A program made the position numbers and the translations under genes. A stretch of 45,113 nt of DNA from Akkermansiaceae bacterium (GTDB lineage Bacteria; Verrucomicrobiota; Verrucomicrobiia; Verrucomicrobiales; Akkermansiaceae): contig JAAURL010000001.1 in the NCBI GenBank assembly GCA_012032235.1, positions 1 through 45,113 on the forward strand, written 5' to 3'. Positions 40,687-45,113 of this stretch are shown piece after piece. The notes below the pieces were generated by a model, which saw only the letters and a list, made by a program, of their open reading frames with translations, did no database searches and was not told where the DNA came from. Every line of letters starts with the position of its first letter. Position 1 is the stretch's first letter.

Positions 40687-42471
40687 TTAGCTGCCGAGTT
40701 GGCGATCCAGCGCAGCATCCATCGCTTGTTCCACTAACCGGGCGGCCAGGGCTTCCGTCGCATGATCGAGTCGCTGCACTGCGGCTTTCAGTGGATTTGC
40801 AGCGCCTCCCGCGAGTGCAAACTTCACGGCTAGAACAGCAGATTCGATTTCCTCTCGCTCTGTATCTTTTACTAGGCCTTGGCTCAAAACGATTTCCACG
40901 GCAGGTAGCAGCTCTTCGGCCTTCATTTTCGCTTCGGTGAAAACCCGCTCTGCCATATCGGTGAAAGCGTGCTCCACAGACTCGCTAACCATGGTCTCTA
41001 CCGCCGCATCATCAACGTCCACGGCAGCACTCCCAATTTCGATGATCGTGTCCACGCCGGTGGCGACATCACGGGCTAACGCTTCTAGGATCCCATTTTC
41101 ATCGATTTTAAATTGTACGCCCACTCTCGTCTGGCCCTTTGGTGATGGGGAAAATGCGACGTCGAATTTTCCTAATTCCCAGTTATCCTTCGCCATTTCG
41201 CGTTCTCCCTGCAGCACACGAACACACATTGCGGCCTGTCCATCGGCGGCGTTAGTGAACATTTCTCCCGCTTTGCAAGGGATCGTCGAATTGCGAGGAA
41301 TCAGCACGTTCATCAGCCCACCAAAAGTCTCGATGCCTAAACTCAAAGGCGTCACGTCTAACAAAATCATTTGTCTTAGCGCCCCACTCAGGACGCCGCC
41401 CTGGATCGTCGCCCCTAGCGCAATCGCTTCATCCGGATGCTGTGAAATATCTGGCTCCCTGCCAAAAAGCTCCGCGACGGCTCTCCGCACCGCAGGGATT
41501 CGCGTGCTGCCACCTACAATGATGACTGCGTTTAGATCGTCCTGTTTTAGCGCTGCATCCGCTAATGCCTGCCGGCAAAGTCGTAGTGTTTTCCCAATCC
41601 ACGGTGCAGCTAATTTCTCCAGATCTTCGCGGGAGATCGTTTCTTCCAAACTACGGCTTCCATCGTAGAAAGGAACACGGAAAGTCGCCGCTTCATCCGT
41701 CGATAATGCGAGTTTCACCCGCTCTGCCTCTGCCAATAGCCGGACGCGGGTTGCGCGATCCACTTCAGAAATTCCTGCCCGCTCCATCACCCAATCTAAG
41801 ATCAGCCCGTCTAAATCATCACCGCCCAAGCGAGTATCGCCATGCGTAGCTAGCACTTGGAAAACGCCATCTTGCATTTCTAAAATGGAAAGATCAAAGG
41901 TGCCGCCGCCCAAGTCGTAGACTGCGACGCGGGATTTATCTGTTAGCTTATCCAAGCCGTAAGCCAGCGCTGCTGCCGTCGGTTCGTTGATGATTCTGAC
42001 GACCTCTAATCCGGCGAGTTCACCGGCGCGTTTGGTTGCAGCGCGCTGTGCATCGTGAAAATAAGCCGGCACGGTGATCACCGCTTTTTGGATTTCCTTT
42101 CCCATCCGCCACTCGGCGATGCGTTTCATTTCCCGTAAAATTTCGGCACTGATTTCCTCCGGAGTTTTCCCTAACACCCGCGGTGTCTCCGTATTTCCCG
42201 TTGTGATCGGCACTGGGAAATCTCCTTCCAGCTCACTCATTCGCCGTCCCATCAAACGCTTGATGCTTGTCACCACTCGATCCGGCTCTATCGCTCTACG
42301 GCGCAGTGCTTTTTCTCCTACTTCGATGCACCCATCTTTCCCGATCCACACCGCGCTCGGCGTGATCCGGCGGCCATCTTCATTAGCTAACAAAATCGGA
42401 AAGCCTGAGTCCACAACTCCCACGGCAGAATTGGTCGTTCCTAAATCAATTCCTAAAATCATTTCAGCCAT
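40687..42471 (-). CDS. Hsp70-family chaperone (HscA-like DnaK paralog)
   Basis: [45 protein letters not shown] and DVTPLSLG; short C-terminal lid; no dnaJ, grpE or hscB adjacent. Confidence 0.92.
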   Translation of the reverse strand: MAEMILGIDLGTTNSAVGVVDSGFPILLANEDGRRITPSAVWIGKDGCIEVGEKALRRRAIEPDRVVTSIKRLMGRRMSELEGDFPVPITTGNTETPRVLGKTPEEISAEILREMKRIAEWRMGKEIQKAVITVPAYFHDAQRAATKRAGELAGLEVVRIINEPTAAALAYGLDKLTDKSRVAVYDLGGGTFDLSILEMQDGVFQVLATHGDTRLGGDDLDGLILDWVMERAGISEVDRATRVRLLAEAERVKLALSTDEAATFRVPFYDGSRSLEETISREDLEKLAAPWIGKTLRLCRQALADAALKQDDLNAVIIVGGSTRIPAVRRAVAELFGREPDISQHPDEAIALGATIQGGVLSGALRQMILLDVTPLSLGIETFGGLMNVLIPRNSTIPCKAGEMFTNAADGQAAMCVRVLQGEREMAKDNWELGKFDVAFSPSPKGQTRVGVQFKIDENGILEALARDVATGVDTIIEIGSAAVDVDDAAVETMVSESVEHAFTDMAERVFTEAKMKAEELLPAVEIVLSQGLVKDTEREEIESAVLAVKFALAGGAANPLKAAVQRLDHATEALAARLVEQAMDAALDRQLGS

Positions 42472-42764
42472 CTCAGCCAGCTTCACGGCCAAGGCACACG
42501 CCGTCAATATTTGCAAACAAACTTTCAGTGTAGCCTACGAAGAATTTTTAACACCCTCTGCAGAGCTAAGAACTTTCTGCACTTTCCGCCAAAATCTCTC
42601 CACCGCGAATGCCGAGCAATCTAGGAACGAATTGCTCTTCGTCGGCGCCGCAGTTTTTAAATCGTTGGACGGGAAAGCACAGAGCTGGCCGAGCGGTTCG
42701 TCCAACAGCCAGAACCAGCCGCAACGCCCCCAGCCAACCCGAAATGAGGAAATGGACTTAATTC

Positions 42765-43049
42765 GTAACTGTTCAGGGCCGCTGAGATGTCTCATCGAGA
42801 CAAAAGAGGATCATGATTCTGCCCCGTCTTCAGCCACAACGTGGCGAAATGAGATAGCCCAGGGCAGAGCGAAGCGGCAGCCCTGGGTTTCAGATTTAGA
42901 AATCTCCTCCAGTCCTGAAAGGGCGTAATGAAGTTGTTGAGAGATCATTTCTGAGCCATCGTTTGATATCGCGTCGGTTGGATTTAGAATTTTGGTGATG
43001 TGATTTTCGCAAGGCGCGTTGCACTTGCCCTGGGCGATCTCATTTCGCC
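42765..43049. repeat. Second copy of the 22539 element (left end plus cargo), extended by an inverted REP arm
   Basis: Starts GTAACTGTTCAGG and is near-identical to 22539 for about 120 bp, with weaker similarity to about 42990. 42843-42866 and 43026-43049 form a 24-bp inverted repeat (1 mismatch). Confidence 0.8.
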
Positions 43050-43082
43050 TCGCAGACTCTTTTAAAAGGAGACTTCCTCTAA

Positions 43083-43347
43083 CTACGCCTTTTCATCTTT
43101 CATGGCTTGTAGACGTAGCTCGATTTCGCCGATCAATTCTTTTGGCGAAACGCCAAATGCAATCGCCAGCCGAAAAAAGCGCGTCTACTGTTGGAACGTA
43201 TTTGCCATTTTCCAGTTCGGAAATGTAGCTTCGTGCTAAACCTGATTCTTCAGCCACGGTTACCTGAGTGAGACGCGCTTCCTTCCGACGTGACAGCATC
43301 ATTGCTGCGGCGGCGAAGCGGAGTTTCTCGGAATCGATTGGAGCCAA
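43083..43347 (-). CDS. XRE-family helix-turn-helix regulator, frameshift in the homopolymer run near 43175
   Basis: RRKEARLTQVTVAEESGLARSYISELENG...PT. Removing one T gives ALFRLAIAFGVSPKELIGEIELRLQAMKDEKA*. Confidence 0.85.
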
Positions 43348-43382
43348 GTCTCATCAATAGCTAAATCAACTCTTTAAGTATT

Positions 43383-43398
43383 TGTCGGCATGCTGACA
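43383..43398. promoter_or_regulatory. Palindromic operator candidate in the divergent XRE promoter region
   Basis: TGTCGGCATGCTGACA, self-complementary at 14 of 16 positions. Confidence 0.5.
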
Positions 43399-43546
43399 TT
43401 TTGACTTGCTTTGAGACTGCTCTTCAGCTCACCTAACAGCGAAATTTGGCGAATGAAGTTTAGTCTGACCGCTGGATTTTATGTTCCGCTCAAACACCCA
43501 AATGGTTGCTCCGATCTCACCTCAATTACTTATGAATCTTCCTTCA

Positions 43547-45113
43547 ATGAAACACCTACGCCGACTGTTGCTGCTATTTGTAGCTGTTTGCTTCCTATCT
43601 CCTCACGCTTTTGCGATTGCCGATAAAGATGCGGACGGGATGTCGGACATTTGGGAAGGACTTCACGGATTCTCGATCAGCGGGAACGCCAATCCTAGTG
43701 AAGCTCCAACTGCTGACCCAGATGGCGACGGAGTCAGCAATTTATTGGAATCGATTGCTGGTACAAATCCCCTGATTGCGGTTGGAACAAATGCTATTCA
43801 TCGTGCAGATATTTTTCCTAACACATCAACAGTAGGAACTTTTAATTTACAATGGAATCAACTGTTAGGGAAAGAATACCGGGTTTTCAGATCGACCAGC
43901 TTAGAACCAACCTCTTGGGTTCAGGAAGGTATCGCACTTGTTGGAACGAACTCTCAATTATCATTCAATACCCAGCTCCATCTTACTGCATCGAAAGTGT
44001 TTTGGCGCGTAGAGGTCGCAGACATTGATCCTGATTCTGATAAACTTTCTAGTTGGGAAGAAGGAGTCATCGGAACTCAGGCTGGAAATCCTGACTCTGA
44101 CGGAGACAATATTTTCGATGGTTATGAATATCGCTGGGGTGGTTTGACAGGATTGAATGCTGGCGATGATCTGGACATTGATGGATTGAGTAATCTTGCA
44201 GAATTTGAAATCGATTCTAACCCACTAAGCAAGGACACTGACAATGATGGCACTTGGGATGCGACAGAAGAAGAGCAAAATACATCGCCTACAGCCAGCA
44301 ATGATAGCGGTAGCGTAAGAAATGGCCTGATCCGGTTACGCGTTGGAACGGGCACTCTTCTAGGACCTACTTACCCAATCAGTCAGTCTCCATATCCTGT
44401 ATATCCTATCAATATCTACAAGAGGGATCTGGCTACGGGTGCAGAAACGCTTCTGCACAGTATTCCTAGTGGGAATAATTTTGTAGTACAGAACATTGAT
44501 CTGCCAAATGACGGTAGCGTCTACAGCCTACAAGTCGCTTTACCGTTTATGGCAGTCAGTTCGGTCTACCATTAGAGATTTTAGATGGGTTTGCTCCTGC
44601 TTCACAAGAACGGGTTCTGCTCCTGTCGCAATTATTGATCGCTTTGATCCAACAACTAATAATTTTGGGCTTCCAGGCAGACTCTTAGGCACACCGTTTC
44701 AAGCATATAATTTTGAATTCGCGCAATATCGCGCACTAATTATTCCGGTAAATGTGGATTACGTAGCACGTGACCCTAATAGTGGTAGTACAACACGGGT
44801 AAATGCGTTAGTAGAGGGCTCTGATGCACGTCCTATCGTAAAAATTACGAATGTATCGGCTTCCATCAATACAAATAACCAGCTTTCTGTGACACTCTCC
44901 GGTACTGCCCGCGAACAAATGTCTGAAACTCTAACAAATGGAGCGGGTGCAGTAACAAGTCTAAGTCTATTCATTGATGGTGAATTCATCGAAGACATCA
45001 CTAATCTTACGCCATTTACAGGCAACGTTCCCATTAGATCACCTTGGCTGCATAGAGACTCAACAGTTTCATTCACGAAAACTGTGACTATCGATAATAT
45101 CTCAGCAGGGATG
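43547..45113 (+). CDS. Large secreted protein with DxDxDG Ca-binding (thrombospondin type 3-like) repeats, partial; frameshift near 44563
   Basis: Signal peptide MKHLRRLLLLF...AFA; repeats DKDADG, DPDGDG, DSDGD, DLDIDG and DTDNDG. After a 1-nt shift an open beta-rich frame continues to the window end. Confidence 0.8.

Noticed and set aside
40687-42471. Assigning dnaK or hscA as gene symbol
   Set aside because: Clearly Hsp70, but it has a shortened C-terminus and lacks both grpE/dnaJ and isc/hscB context, so orthology is uncertain.
42660-42710. c-di-GMP riboswitch or SRP RNA
   Set aside because: Only a superficial GGAC..AAAGC similarity; the required P1/P2 architecture and the SRP domain IV motif are absent.
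40937-42928. Long plus-strand ORFs (243 and 284 aa) opposite the Hsp70 gene
   Set aside because: Antisense shadow frames typical of Hsp70 and other GC-rich genes; no recognisable motifs.
1-45113. Stop-codon reassignment suggested by frequent TAG trinucleotides
   Set aside because: The TAGs are out of frame (CTA/TTA Leu followed by G). Genes end normally with TAA, TGA or TAG, and only one in-frame stop (TAA) was seen.

Overview
Bacterial chromosomal window of about 50-55% GC; gene content and protein style suggest a Verrucomicrobiota (Luteolibacter-like) genome (inference). It is mostly housekeeping DNA: a partial AMP-binding ligase, rapA, nth, trmL, rdgB, tRNA-Val(GAC), gspE/gspF, a peroxiredoxin, avtA, psd, glnD, gltX, aroE and an Hsp70. 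Accessory parts are a surface-glycan/LPS glycosyltransferase cluster (10.9-16.8 kb), an AAA/DUF4143 ATPase with four 23-bp periodic repeats over its promoter, a three-gene transglutaminase / circularly permuted ATP-grasp / alpha-E operon (18.9-26.2 kb), a PIN-toxin cassette between gspE and gspF, and an XRE regulator divergent from a large secreted DxDxDG-repeat protein at the right edge. The most unusual non-coding signal is a 243-bp MITE (22539-22781) with IS66-type GTAAC termini, a perfect 8-bp target-site duplication and a REP-like hairpin cargo. A second, differently ended copy lies at 42765. About 15-20 single-base frameshifts, mostly in homopolymers and including core genes, look like long-read assembly errors rather than pseudogenes. 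All family assignments come from recognising motifs by eye; no database search was run.
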